A DNA stretch of 64,000 nt from Rebecca billardiae RCC1528 (GCA_965240325.2 OZ251223.1:1116001-1180000); one strand, 5' to 3'. Positions 1-12,511 are shown, counted from the first letter of the stretch. The notes: generated by a model not told the origin, from the letters alone. A program made the numbers and translations.

Positions 1-80
1 CCGACGTACACGATGAGCGGCTCGTCAGGCGACGCCGACATGGCGAGCACAGCAGCCGCGGCAGCTGCCAACGCCATCAT
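1..80 (-). CDS. 5' end of a probable secreted protein gene running off the left edge
   Basis: Reverse strand from ATG at 80 reads MMALAAAAAAVLAMSASPDEPLIVYVG, open to the edge and signal-peptide-like. Too short for the ORF track. Confidence 0.45.
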   Translation of the reverse strand, partial: MMALAAAAAAVLAMSASPDEPLIVYV

Positions 81-179
81 CTCGACCACCCTTGTCTGCT
101 CTCGAAGGCTCGTGGTAGTATGGGGTAACCTACTAACTTTCCAACTTACTAATCTGCAGCCGCACCGGCTGAGCCGGAT

Positions 180-1312
180 CAAGGGCGGTAAGGGCTGTCA
201 ACTCCCAGTGGCGGCAGTGGAAGAGGTTGGTCGCCGCTTCGCTGCTGCGCGGCCTCGCTCCAGCGACTAACTCTCGTGGGCGCCCGCCCTGGGGGGCGAG
301 TGGGGCGCGCACGGCGCGAGCTCCTGTGGCCGTGTACGCGCGCGCGGAGGCGGCGCGCGTGGCTGGGCAGGTGCTAAGGAGTGTATGTCGCCCTCCCACG
401 CCGCGCGCCTTGCTCGCCGCCGCTTTCGCCGCGCCTCAGGCCAGCGCGCACGCGTGCGCCGCCTCCAGAGCCAGCCTCGGGCAATCGGCAGCCGCCCGCG
501 CATGTGTGGTGCGCGGTCTGGTCGGCGCGAGTCGGTCGGGGCCATCGGGCGAGGCTCGCATACTATAGACGCGCGCCATGCCGCCTCGCGCCGCCGCGCA
601 TGGGCCCGGTCCCATCCCGTGAAGCTGTTGAAGGAAGCTGATCGATGAATGCACGACAAGCAGAAATGAGCTCGAATACGTGACAGTGAGCGCACATGCG
701 CGTGATAGGCGGCCGCATTGGGCGCTTGTACGGCGTCCTATGAGTGCATTGCCCCGCTCTTCATCGCCTGCGCGCGTCTATTGTGCTCTCCAGCGTCTCC
801 ATGAGCGTCCAAACATGAGCATTTTCGCATTCGTGCTGCAGTTCGTGTCAGACCTAAGATGCTTGCGTGTCGACCCATGACAACCCACGCGCGGCGGCGC
901 GAGGCGGCATGGCGCGCGTCTATAGTATGCGAGCCTCGCCCGATGGCCCCGACCGACTCGCGCCGACCAGACCGCGCACCACACATGCGCGGGCGGCTGC
1001 CGATTGCCCGAGGCTGGCTCTGGAGGCGGCGCACGCGTGCGCGCTGGCCTGAGGCGCGGCGAAAGCGGCGGCGAGCAAGGCGCGCGGCGTGGGAGGGCGA
1101 CATGCACTCCTTAGCACCTGCCCAGCCACGCGCGCCGCCTCCGCGCGCGCGTACACGGCCACAGGAGCTCGCGCCGTGCGCGCCCCACTCGCCCCCCAGG
1201 GCGGGCGCCCACGAGAGTTAGTCGCTGGAGCGAGGCCGCGCAGCGACGAAGCGGCGACCAACCTCTGGCGCTGCCGCCACTGGTCAGGAGTTGACAGCCC
1301 TTACCGCCCTTG
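180..1312. mobile_element. Non-autonomous foldback/MULE-like element A with ~425-bp inverted arms
   Basis: ~180-604 is a near-identical reverse complement of ~884-1312, with a ~280-bp spacer. Mirror ORFs 227..568(+) and 920..1261(-) are almost identical. No TSD identified. Confidence 0.75.
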
Positions 1313-1784
1313 GCCGGATCCACAGTGAACGTCCGGGCAAAACGGGCGCGCCACAGGCCGCACATGAAGGCACGCGGCTCGCCTCGCGCTCAGGCGCCGT
1401 ACCAAAAGGCAGTCGCCCGAGCCATCGGCTCCATGGCTGCCGAGCCAGCGGGGGAGCGCACGAGCGCGTTTTCTTCATCGGAAGCCCGACTGGGCCAGCC
1501 CAAACCAGCGCCTTTGGCGGGCTTGGGCAGGCACCTGAGTCGGGCCTCCCCGGTCTCACCTAACTTCCCATGCATCATCAAGTCAGTGGTCAGGCGCAAG
1601 CGAGCGTCGCACTGCTAAAAGCCTATAAGTTCATCAGCACAGCTGCTGTCATGGCGCTAGGCCAGGCTGCCAGATTAGTGGTCCGGGCCGGGCTTCCTGA
1701 CCAGCTCTCGAGCAAGGGGACTCCCCTCGGCCTTGTCTCGAGCGGCCAGCGCGACATCACTCCGAAGTTTTCCGGCTGAGCGCC

Positions 1785-2740
1785 GGGCGGCGTCGGCGGC
1801 GAGGGCGAGTGCTCCGCTGGCGGGGCGCGCACGGGGCACGGCGCAGCGGGCGCGGATGTGCCCGCAGAGCCGGCGCGTGCGGACGGGCTGTTGCGGGAGA
1901 GAATCTGGCGCCCTCCTGCGCCGCGCGTCTTGCGCCACGCCTCTTTCGCCTCGGCTCAGGGCAGCGCGCATGTGCGCGCCGCCTCAAGGCCAGCCTTGCC
2001 TGCGCCGCAGCCGACCGCGCGCGCGCCGTGCGCGGCGTGGTCGGGAAGGAACGGGCGCTGCTGCCGGGCGAGATGGCGACACCATACGCGCACGCCATGC
2101 CGCCCCGCCACGCCTTGACGAGCGTGTCGTCGGTCCGTTTGCATGCCTCTCTGACTCACAAATGGCGTGCACGGCCTCGCGGTAGTGACCCTTGTCGGGA
2201 CGATCATTGAGACGCAGAACAGTGCCAGACGGGCGCGCGGGCTACTCTTACATGAATGTGCATCACCGCATGATCATGTAGAAGTGCTGGATGCGACGCT
2301 TTCCTCGCGCTGATGCTCTTTCATCATCTTCTTCGAGCTCAGGTCTGGCTTGGCACGACAAGCGATCAGCACTCATCAACAGCTGTGCAGATCTGTTGCC
2401 GTGCCCTGTCGCGGCATCGCAGGGCGGCATGGCGTGCGCGTATGGTGTCGCCATCTCGCCCGGCAGCAGCGCCCGTTCCTTCCCGACCACGCCGCGCACG
2501 GCGCGCGCGGTGTCGGCTGCGGCGCAGGCAAGGCTGGCCTTGAGGCGGCGCGCGCGTGCGCGCTGCCCTGAGCCGAGGCGAAAGAGGCGTGGCGCAAGAC
2601 GCGCGGCGCAGGAGGGCGCCAGATGCTCTCCTGCAACAGCCCGTCCGCACGCGCCGGCTTCACGGGCACATCCGCGCCCGCAGCGCCGTGCCCCGTGCGC
2701 TCGCCCTGCTAGCGGAGCACGCCATCGCCGCCGCCGCCGC
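1785..2740. mobile_element. Non-autonomous foldback/MULE-like element B with ~325-bp inverted arms, related to A
   Basis: ~1785-2110 is inverted at ~2415-2740. Weaker outer symmetry: gtccgggccg at ~1681 versus cggcccggac at ~2812. Arms share diverged blocks with element A. Confidence 0.7.
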
Positions 2741-2854
2741 AGGGCCGCGGGCAAAAAGCGAGTCCCAACAAGGGAGGTCCGGGGTGCCGCAGTTCTTCAG
2801 GAGCTCCCGACCGGCCCGGACCTACTGGCCAGGGCGCGGGTCCGCGTTCCGACG

Positions 2855-4447
2855 ATGTCGTCGCACGACCGTGTGCCGTCGAGCATCCAAGTTCGTGCGC
2901 GCGTTCACACCGCCGCATTCGAAGGGCTCCGCGGTATCGCGGCGCTCCAGGTGAGCTTGGGCCACTTCTTCATGTTCATGCTCTACCAGCCACTCGTGTA
3001 CTTCAACGGCACGGCGGCTGTACAGCTCTTTTACGTGCTGGCCGGATTCGTGACTTGCCTCGCCAACAACGAGGCGCCCTCGTCCGAAGCGGGGGCATGC
3101 GGCCCGTTTGCGCGCCGATTCGGGGCTCGTAGGATCGCACGACTTGGCCCCGTCAACTGGCTCTCTGTCGTAGTCGGGACGCCAATCGCCACCATTCTGC
3201 ACGAAGCAGTGCCCCCGGGGTACGTACCGCTTGCCGTCCTCCTGAACGCACTCTGTGTGCAGGCGTGGGTACCCGGCTTCAATTGGGTCAACGATCCACT
3301 CTACTTTTTGAATGGCCTTGCGGTGTTCTACGCCGTTTTCCCCGGCATCCAGCGCCGCGTGCAACAGCCGCGCTCCGCGCTGCGTGTCGTTCACCTGTGC
3401 TGCAGTCTCTGGGTTGCATACGTGGTGCTCTGGATGCTGACCGCTGCGGCTCTCATGTGTACCCTGTCGCCTACCCCGGTCAAGTTGCCGTTGCAGACGC
3501 CGACCGCCGCCCAGGTTCTGCATCACGCACGGCTGATAGCCCGTGCGCACCCATTGAACAAGCTTCCCTTGTGCGCGATGGGCGCAGTGGTCGGCAACTA
3601 CGCAATGGACCCCGCTACTGGCGCGGCGGACACAGCTGCTGGTGCTAAGGGCGGCTCCATCGCATCGCCGAGCCCCGCAACGCCGATGAGCTGGATCGGT
3701 GCTGCGAATGGCTGCGCTCTGGCTTACGCGCTCTTCACGCTCGGCTACCTCTGCGTGCCGCTGACGGTCTTCCACACTTGTGGGCACCAATACTCCGAGA
3801 TTGCTCGGGACGCCTTCGCATACGCAGCTGATCTGCTGCTCGGGCCAGTGTTCGCGCTGTGGCTGTACGCCCTGACGCAGGCTCCGGGCTGCGCAGCCGA
3901 GCTCTTTTTATCGAATGCGCTCCTTCAGTGGATTGGCAAGATCTCGTACGCATGGTACTGCATGCATTTGCCCCTTTTCTACATCTACGCATGGCTGAGG
4001 GGGCTGATGCGCGCACCTGATGACGGTATAGTTCCACGCTATGCAGCAGGCTGGTCTGGACCCCCGCTGCTGCAATGGTGGGACATTGCGCCCGCCATGG
4101 CCGTCGTGGCGATGGTGAGCGTGGCTGTCCATCGCTGGATCGAAGAGCCTGCGCGGCGGATCCTCTACGGTCTCATCGGCCGCACTTGTGCACCCCTCGA
4201 CACTGATCATGGGCCCCATCGAAATCCAGCTTCAAAGCCAGCAGTGGGTGCTGATGGCGAGTTGCGATCAAGCAGCTCGAAGGTGGAGGTGGCAGGCAAT
4301 GATGCAATGGCAACCGGGCGAGCTCAGGGATACGGCTATGGTGGATCTGATGCTGGGACCGGTGTCGAACGGTCGCTGCAGACTGTGACTGTCCCAGATG
4401 CTACGTTGTCTACGCCGCCGAAGACGACGACGATGCCATTGGTCTGA
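2855..4447 (+). CDS. Acyltransferase family 3 (OafA/YrhL-like) integral membrane O-acyltransferase
   Basis: FEGLRGIAALQVSLGH, AVQLFYVLAGFV, RRIARLGP, GKISYAWYCMH and HRWIEEPARR motifs with many TM segments. Start placed at ATG 2855 because the upstream ORF part lies in element B. Confidence 0.88.
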   Translation: MSSHDRVPSSIQVRARVHTAAFEGLRGIAALQVSLGHFFMFMLYQPLVYFNGTAAVQLFYVLAGFVTCLANNEAPSSEAGACGPFARRFGARRIARLGPVNWLSVVVGTPIATILHEAVPPGYVPLAVLLNALCVQAWVPGFNWVNDPLYFLNGLAVFYAVFPGIQRRVQQPRSALRVVHLCCSLWVAYVVLWMLTAAALMCTLSPTPVKLPLQTPTAAQVLHHARLIARAHPLNKLPLCAMGAVVGNYAMDPATGAADTAAGAKGGSIASPSPATPMSWIGAANGCALAYALFTLGYLCVPLTVFHTCGHQYSEIARDAFAYAADLLLGPVFALWLYALTQAPGCAAELFLSNALLQWIGKISYAWYCMHLPLFYIYAWLRGLMRAPDDGIVPRYAAGWSGPPLLQWWDIAPAMAVVAMVSVAVHRWIEEPARRILYGLIGRTCAPLDTDHGPHRNPASKPAVGADGELRSSSSKVEVAGNDAMATGRAQGYGYGGSDAGTGVERSLQTVTVPDATLSTPPKTTTMPLV

Positions 4448-5567
4448 CGACGGCGTGACGACGATTATGAGACGATTATAAGTAGTAGTGCCTGTTGAGC
4501 TTGAGCCTCGTGCCGGGGTTCTTACTCGCTCGGCCACAAGCAGTATGAAGCACGTTGACGGTGGCATCACCGGACGGACGACCGCGTACCAGTGGCATGA
4601 TCGAGTGACGCTGAGGCGCTGGTGCCGGTGGACTCAGCCGACGCGCAAGGCGCGCGCGGGCGGCGGAGACGCAGGCCCTGTGGGGGCCAGTGTCGACGTA
4701 CGCATTGACGAGACCAATCTGATTGAAAGGGGGGGGGGGGGGGGGCACTCATTGCTTGGGGCATATCCGATGGGGGTCGTGTATCAGTGGGTGATGGTGA
4801 CGGAGCAGTCTCAGTACTTTAAGACTGTCTGAGTGTCAACTGCGGACAGCGCCCATGCGGCGGTGACGCCGACAGTTAGAGGACGACGATGGCAACGGCG
4901 GCGAGACGCCGGCCGTCAAGCCGATGACGCGGGTCCACGCAGATATGTCGACGTCGGTCCGCTGGCGCAGCAGGGCAGGCGCGGAGCAGCGCGGGCGCAC
5001 AGCAGCACAGCCGCCGATGCAGCATGGCAGCGATCAGAGCAGCGCGGGAGCGCCATGGGCGCAGCCGCAGCGGTGGGATGAGATACTGTACCACTGGCGC
5101 AACTTTGGCACTGGACAGCAGCAGATGCGGGCGGGTTGCAGCGGGTCGCAGGTGCGATCAATGGCGGGCTCGAGCGATTCGTGGCACGAACACGCGTGCG
5201 AGCACGCGGATAAGCTACAGCAGCTGCCGCCAAGGCACTTCATTCAGCTAAGCAGCATGAGCAGGATTCGTCTGCATCAGAGTGATGTGCTCAATAAGTA
5301 CTGATGATAATCATCAATAGTCGTCCGTCGTAGATAATCGTCGTCATGTCGTCCGCCGTGTTATTTTTTTAGGACTGTTTAGTCGTGTTTAGCAGCCGAG
5401 CATCAGCTATACTAATACGATTCGTCAGGCTCAGTAGTAGTCAGTTGACGAGCAAAATAACTATATATATGCATATATATATAGTTATTATAACTAGATC
5501 GAGTGATGAGATGATCGTTGCGCGTAGGCACAGCGCGCTCGTCGTCAGCTGATTTGCCTATAATTAA

Positions 5568-6230
5568 CGGGGGTTCAGGAAAGGTTGTGCCCCCGGCTTC
5601 AGTGGGTTCCCAGTGGCGGCATGCCGCCCGGCTCGTCGCCCCAACGCACCTCGCCTACTGTGAGCGCTCAGAGTCCCGGCGTCATCGCCGGATCGTCCGG
5701 CGGGGTGGATGCCGGGCAAGTAGACACCGGTTGGAAGGGCATGCGCTGCATCGGCATGCTGTCATCTGTCGGCTCTGCCACCTTGTCCTCGACGCGCGGT
5801 CTGCACGGCAGTAGAACGTGACAGCTTGCACGTGCGCTGCCCGTTGCACGCCCGAAATAGGTATGTAGTGTGCGTGCTGACGCCGCTGGAGTTGCAACGC
5901 GCAGCGCTTTGACCCTGGTAGAGAAGAGCCGAGCTGCTAATGCGTCCTGTAGCTGCTCTCATTTCGATCTATTTTGAACCGTGCACGCGATGACGATCGG
6001 CGTCCGATGGCTGCCGCGTTGCTCACTGTGTGGCTTACAGGCTGTCGTGAGAGGCGTTAAGAGAGCTGAGAGGGCTACTCGGCTGGACAGGGTGCCGGTA
6101 TGGGGCAATGCTAGGGCCTCTCTAGCGACACCCAGGCCCGACAGCGGCGCGTGACATTGCGCTCATTGCTATTTCAAGCGGCCATCGGCCGGGCGGTCGC
6201 TGCTGGGGCACAACTTTTCCTGAACCCTCT
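5568..6230. mobile_element. MITE with ~25-bp TIRs and TTAA-like flanks (Kolobok/piggyBac-like)
   Basis: Left end: ttaa|cgggggttcaggaaaggttgtgcccc. Right end: ggggcacaacttttcctgaaccctct|ttac. No credible ORF inside. Confidence 0.65.
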
Positions 6231-6321
6231 TTACCATAACCAGCACTACCGCCAACGAGCAGGCACGCACGTGCTGGATACTCTGCTGCTCCCAGCAGTG
6301 CCACTCGAAGTCGAGCTGGTG

Positions 6322-8442
6322 TCATCCAATTGGGCAGCACCCGTCCACACGCGCAGCCCCTGGTAGCACGAAGAATCCAATCGAGCGTGCGAGCACGAGC
6401 AGCCTGCGCGTGCCAGCGCACCCGCCACTCTCCGCGTGCGAATTGCCCGCCTCAGAAGACCAGCCATGCGTTGGCTCCTCCACCCGGGTGTGAGACGAGT
6501 TGTTGGAAGCGCCGTCGACGTGCTCCGCACACGCAGCCTCCTCAGTGGCGAGCGGCACGTGCAACGCGCCGAGGGCAGGTAGGGAGCCATTGGGCGCGAG
6601 TCTCAATCTCAGCCCGTTGAGTTCGACGGAACGCGAGCGCAGTGGCGCGCGCAGCACGTACTCGTCGCGCGGGCGGGTCGCTCCGATGGCGTCGCCAGCA
6701 GCGAAGTCCAGCAGCGCGTCCGAGGTGGTGGGGTTCACGACAAGAAGTGCGATTGCGGGGCGGTCGGCGAGGCGAGCAGGTGATGCGGCGCTCAGCGGTA
6801 CGCGAGCGCAGTGCGCGAACACAGACACGCTCGGGGTCATCTTCAGAGATCTCTCCTCAGGGCCTTCTGCTGAGGGCGCAGCATGGCCAGGCGCCTCTAC
6901 GTGATCGGTGCGAACGCGAAGCACTGTCGGACCCATCAGCCGCGAGAAGAGCGCGGCGACGTAAAAGTCCGGGTTGGGCTCGAGTGTCGGGCGACGCAGC
7001 AGCTCGTATCCGCCGCCGATGAGCGCCTGGCGACACATGGCATGGACTCCCCCTGCATTCAGGCCGGCGAGAAATGGAGCATACCAGAAGCTGTTTGCAA
7101 AGGAGCCAGACAGCTGGGCATGCCCGGACCCGTACGCGCCGCCAGACTCGCTTAACCACACCTGCGGCACGCGGTGCTTCGCGCCCGCCGCAGGCGTAGC
7201 GTCGCCATCGGCGAGCGGGAGCGCCGCGGCCGCCGGCTGCGCCAAGGAGTCGGCGACGCCAGCGTCCACTGCGACGCGCGCGTCCCTCGCCCAGCCTGCG
7301 TACTCGCGCCAGTCGGCAGCGAGCATCCGGTGCAGGAGGCCCGGTCTGCCGTAGGCTGGCCCAAGCGGGTATGTGTGCCACGTGTATGCGTCGAGCGCGC
7401 CAGCAGTAAGGTTGACGTAGGCGCGGACGGCTGCCTTGTCGAGCCAGCACGCGCCGGGCCCAAGCACACGTGGCCTGTGCGCCCCTCCGCGAGCACCGTA
7501 CACGCGCGTTACGACCGCGTCGAGCTCGCGCAGCCCTGCGGCCAGCAGCTCTAGCGACTGCCCGGGCGTGATGGCCAGAGCGCATGGCGGGTCTTGGGGC
7601 CGGGGTGGCTCGCAGAAGACCGAGCTCGTAGGCGGCTTGTGCCCCATCTCGTTGCCGTACTCGACGCCCCACAGCGAGTGGTTCCTGGCGCGCGCACGCG
7701 TGAGCAGGGCGAGCGCCTGAGAGCTCTCCCACGCGTTCGCCTCGAGGCTGCGATTCGAGCGTCCGAACATCGCGTTGATCCCAAACAGGAGACGGGCGCC
7801 TGAGCGCTGCACAAGCCGGTTGAGCGCATCCCACCTGTTCGCGGTCAGGCAGCCGCCGAGGAATTCGCTCGAGTGCGCGGGCGGCTGCGGCATGAGCGGC
7901 GGGCACGCAGCCTGGTCGTCCGCAGCGGAGCCGGGCCCAACGTCGCGATTGAATGCATGGTACGTGACGTTGTCTTGCGTGGTGCCGGCGACACGCAGCG
8001 TCACGGGTGCGAGCGCGCGGAGCGCCGCCACGAGCCGCGGGTCGTCGAGGTCAGCGGTCAGCAAGCTGGAATTGGCCCACTGGCACCGCCCGTAGTCGCA
8101 CTTGTTGGCGGGCCACCAGTCCAGCGTCACGCAGACGGCTGGATCGGCGCTCGTGGCGCGCGCCCGAACGCCGTCGACAGCCACGCGAACCCAGGTGGTG
8201 GCCGAGACGGGCGTTGGGGACGCCTCGGGCGGCGGCGGCGGCGGTGGGGGTGGGGGTGGTGGAGGTGGCGCACGCGGCGAGGATGGAAGTGCTGAGGCAT
8301 TGTCACTGTCACCCATCCACGTCATCACTCGCCCAGCTTCGAGGAGCGTCGGGTCAGGCGGCATGCTAGGCAGGAGCAGCAGCCATATGGCCGCGATGTT
8401 CACGAGGAGCGCGGCGCCCAGCCAAGCGCGCGCCATTGTCAT
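6322..8442 (-). CDS. Glycoside hydrolase family 79 (heparanase-like / beta-glucuronidase) with N-terminal TM anchor and Pro-rich linker
   Basis: VTLDWWPANKCDYGRCQW, LRVAGTTQD, WGVEYGNE (acid/base), WLSESGGAY (nucleophile), RQALIGGGY and PNPDFY match plant-type heparanase-like proteins. Confidence 0.92.
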   Translation of the reverse strand: MTMARAWLGAALLVNIAAIWLLLLPSMPPDPTLLEAGRVMTWMGDSDNASALPSSPRAPPPPPPPPPPPPPPEASPTPVSATTWVRVAVDGVRARATSADPAVCVTLDWWPANKCDYGRCQWANSSLLTADLDDPRLVAALRALAPVTLRVAGTTQDNVTYHAFNRDVGPGSAADDQAACPPLMPQPPAHSSEFLGGCLTANRWDALNRLVQRSGARLLFGINAMFGRSNRSLEANAWESSQALALLTRARARNHSLWGVEYGNEMGHKPPTSSVFCEPPRPQDPPCALAITPGQSLELLAAGLRELDAVVTRVYGARGGAHRPRVLGPGACWLDKAAVRAYVNLTAGALDAYTWHTYPLGPAYGRPGLLHRMLAADWREYAGWARDARVAVDAGVADSLAQPAAAALPLADGDATPAAGAKHRVPQVWLSESGGAYGSGHAQLSGSFANSFWYAPFLAGLNAGGVHAMCRQALIGGGYELLRRPTLEPNPDFYVAALFSRLMGPTVLRVRTDHVEAPGHAAPSAEGPEERSLKMTPSVSVFAHCARVPLSAASPARLADRPAIALLVVNPTTSDALLDFAAGDAIGATRPRDEYVLRAPLRSRSVELNGLRLRLAPNGSLPALGALHVPLATEEAACAEHVDGASNNSSHTRVEEPTHGWSSEAGNSHAESGGCAGTRRLLVLARSIGFFVLPGAARVDGCCPIG

Positions 8443-8634
8443 GCCTGCTTGCGCCGATCCAACGGCTTGCTTCGTCTGGTGCGCGCCGGCGGATCTAGGC
8501 AGTGGCGATGTCTTGCATTTACTACATACCGGCGATCCCATCCTCCAATAAAGAAATAGAGTAGGGGGTTGCATCCTCGTATCGCCCTTGCTCGTGCGCG
8601 CCGGCCCGCGCTCGCTTGGCCCTCACCCGGGACG

Positions 8635-11600
8635 ATGAGCCCGAATACTTGGCCAGGCTCGCCACCACAGCGGGAGGGTGGCGGGCCCGACGGCCCGTAC
8701 GTGCGGGTGCTCGATGCCGATGACGAGGCCGCTGGCCCCTCGTCTGGCGCCGCTGCCAGTCCGCACGGCGCGATCGGCGGCCTGGTGCACTCGGTCTCTC
8801 GTCTCCTCTTCTGCACAGTGCTGCCGCTGCTGCGTCTCGGGCGCACGCGGCCGCTGCGCTCAGCGGACCTACCCCCGGCGCACGCGCAGCTCGGAGCGCG
8901 TGCCGCGAGCATCTCGCGCGACTTTGAGGCGGCGCTTGCTGCCGAGCGCGCGCGCTGTCTCACGCAGCGCGCGCAGCGCGGCCGCGCAGGCGCCACTGAT
9001 CGAGGGCCACCGCCCCAGACACACGCGGTGCTGCGGGCGTTGCGGGCGTGCAACGCACGCGAGCTCGCGCAGCAGTCGGCGCTCGTGCTGCTCGCCTCCG
9101 TGCTCTCGCTCGTCTCACCTGCCGTCATGCACCCACTGCTCACGTACCTTCAGTCCGCCCCGGCCGGGCCGCCGGGGTGCGCGGAGGAGCGGCGCGCGGC
9201 GCTCAGGGCGCTCGGCCTCGCGGTCGCGCTGGTGTGCTGCCCCACGCTCAGCACCGTCGCGCGGTACCACCAGTGGATGTGCGGCGTGCGCATCGGCGCA
9301 CGCACGCGCATCGCGCTCACGGCGGCGGTGCACGCGCGCGTGCTCACGCTGGACGCGCCGACGCGCGCCTCGGCCGGCGGCGAGGGTCGGCTGCACTCAC
9401 TCCTGCTCGTGGACGCCGCGCGGATTGCGGACTCCAACGCGGCAGCCATGGCGCAGTGGGGCACGTGGGGCGCGGCGCTGCAGGCGGCGGCGTGCGTGGG
9501 CGCGCTCACGCGGCTGCTCGGGGTGGCAGCGCTGCCAGGCGTAGCTGCTCTCGTCGCCTCCGTCGGCGCGACTGCCGCGCTGGCGCACGCGTCGCAGGCG
9601 CGAGCGCGTCGGCTCTCCGCCGCTAGAGACGCACGCGTCGGCGCCGTGGGCGAGTGGATCAGCGCACCTCTGTGGCAGCTTCTCGCACCTCCCTCCGCGG
9701 CGCGCGCGGTGGCGCGCGTGCGCGCGGCGCGCGCCTCCGAGCTTCGCGAGCTCCGCTCGCGGCAGCTTCTCTCAGTCGCTGGCGACGCCGTGGCCACGGT
9801 GACGCCTCCGTGCACAGCGCTGCTCGCCTTCGGCGCGTACGCGTGGCTCGCGTGGCGCGCGCCGGGCGCGCGCGCCCCGCTCGACGCGGCGCTCGCCTTC
9901 GCGGCATTCGCGTGGTTCAACCTACTCGCGATGCCGCTGCGACTCGTCCCGGCGACGCTCGGCATCTTCGTTGACGTCTCCGTCTCCATCGGGCGCATCG
10001 AGCGCTTCGTGAGCGCGAGCGCCAATGTGGCGGAGGCGGCGGCGGCGCGCGAGGCGGCGCGGGCGGCTGAGGTGGGCCGCGCGGCTGCCGCAGCAGGCGA
10101 CGAGGCCACGCGCACGGCGGCGGCGGCGGCGGCGGACGATGCCTCGCGGGGCGGCGCGACCCTCGAGCTCCGCGGCGCCACTCTGCGCTGGTCAGCCGCC
10201 ACGCCTGCGGTCTTCAGCGGCCTCGAGCTTTCGCGCGCTGTGCACCCGGCGGCGTTGGCTGGCGGCGCGTTCGGCACGGGCGCTCTCGTCGTCGCGTATG
10301 GCGGCCTGGGGAGTGGCAAGAGCACGCTATGTGCCGCGCTGGCGGGCGATCTGCCGCCGGCGCTCGGCGAGGTGACTCTTCACGCGCGCTCGCTCGCGCT
10401 GTGCACCCAGGTGCCGTGGCTGCGCGCGGCGACCATCCGCGCTAACATCGTCGCAGACGAGCCGTGGCATGGCGACCGCTTTGACGCGGTTGTGGGCGCA
10501 TGCGCGCTGCGCGCAGACCTCGCCAGCCTGCCCCGCGCGGAGCAAATGCACGTGGGCGACGGCGGCGCGCGGCTCTCGGGCGGGCAGCGCGCGCGCGTGA
10601 CGCTGGCACGCGCCGCCTACTCCTCCGCGCCCGCAGTCGTTCTCGACGAGCCTCTCGCCGGGCTGGACGCGCACACGGCCGCGCACGTGTGCCGCGCGTG
10701 CATCTGCGCGTGGCTCGTGCGCGATGGCGGCCGGTTGGTGGTGGTGTGCACGCACGACCCGGCGCCGCTGCTCGCCGCGGCGCAAGCCGTGCTCCCGTCG
10801 AGCGCTCTCTCTCTCGTCGAGCTCACGCGGACTGCGCGCGCGCCCGCTCCTCCGCCGTTCGGCGCGGCAGCGGCTGCCCCGTGTGCTTCGAGCCCAGCGG
10901 CAGCTCCAGCCGCGGCCGACCCGTCCGCTGCCGACCGCGGTGCCCAGGTGCGGCCTCCGAGCGGTGATGGCGGCCAGGCGCGCGACCGCGCTGTGGGCGG
11001 GGACGGCGACGCGGCGAGTGGCGAGCCGCTCTGCCAAGCGCGCGTGCGGCCGTGCACGCTCACGGCTGCGCCGCCTCGACAGGCCGACGGCCAGCAGCTG
11101 GATGCCGCGGCGGAGTGGCCACCCGAGCTCGCAGCGCCCGGCGCGATGGTTGCCGCGCACGGCCTCGTGCCCACGGTGTGCGCTGGCAGCGAGCTCAACG
11201 CCGACGCCGACGCCGACGTCGACATTGACGCCGACGCCGACGGCGGCCTCAACGAGCTGGGGCGCACGGGCGCGCTGAGCAGCGCGCACATCGGCGCGTA
11301 CTGGCGAACGTTCGGCTCGGCGGCACTGCGGGCTGTGCTCCTGCTGGCATTCCTCTCTTCGGCGCTGCTGCTGCTCGCCACCAACTGGTGGCTCGCCGTG
11401 TGGTCGCAGCACGCGCACACGAGCCCGTTCTCGCCTGGCGCGCTCGTGCCCCTTCCAGGCCGCTCGGCGCCGCTGCAGCTGCCGCTGTCGTACCTGGGCG
11501 TGTACGGCGCGCTCGGCGGCTGCGCGTGCGCGCTGGTGCTCGTGCGCGGCGCGCTGCTCGTCGAGAGCGCGTGTGCCTCCGCGCGCGAGCTCCACGACGC

Positions 11601-12465
11601 GATGGTCCGCGGCGTCGCGGCCGCACCCGCTGCCTTCCATGACTCGACGCCGCGCGGCACGCTGCTGCACCGCTTCGCGAAGGACCAGACGCTCGTGGAC
11701 GAGACGATCGCGCAGACTGGCGCGGACCTGCTCGTGCGAGCGCTCACCCTTCTCTCCGTACTGGCCGCGGTCGGCGGCGGCGCGCCAGCGGTGCTGCTGC
11801 TGCTTCCCGCACTCGCCCCCGTGTACGCGCGCGTGATTGCGCTGTATCGCACGTCGGCGCGCGAGCTGCGCAGGCTCGAGGCGGCAAGCAGAGGCCCGCT
11901 CGCGTGCGCCCTCGCCGAGGACGCTGCGGGCGCACTGACCATCTCCGCCGCGCGCGGCGGCGCGCGGCGCGCGCGCGCCCTGCACTTTCACCTCGAGAGG
12001 AACGCAGCCGCGTACCTCTGCTACTGGCTAGCAAACCAGTGGGTGTGCGTGGCCATGGAGCTGCTCGCGCTCGCGCTCGCGCTCGCGCTCGCGCTCATCG
12101 CCGTCTTCGCGCGCGCGAGCGGCAGCGCGTCGGGTGGCGCTGCGGCGGCGGCGATGGGCCTCGCGCTCGGCTACCTGGAGCAGCTCCCCGCGGCCCTCTG
12201 GTGGATCGTGCGCTGCCTCGCGCAGCTGGAGACAGACTTCGTGAGCGTCGAGCGCGCGTGCGAGCTCGCGGAGCTAGTGCGCTCGGACGCCGCCGAGCCG
12301 CGCCCCGCCCAAGGCGGCGGCGCCGCCGCCGCCGCAGCCAGCTGGGCCGCGCTCGGCGCTGCGCGCGCCGAGGGCGCTCGGCGCGGCGTGTCGGTGACGT
12401 TCGATGCCGTCGGTCTGTGCTACGCACCATGGCGGCGAGGGCCGGCGGCTGCGCCCACTACGCAC

Positions 12466-12511
<46 letters not shown>

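Noticed and set aside
2291-2854. N-terminal 188 aa of the 718-aa ORF
   Set aside because: It lies in the arm and spacer of foldback element B and is Arg/Ala-rich noise; the acyltransferase domain starts after ATG 2855.
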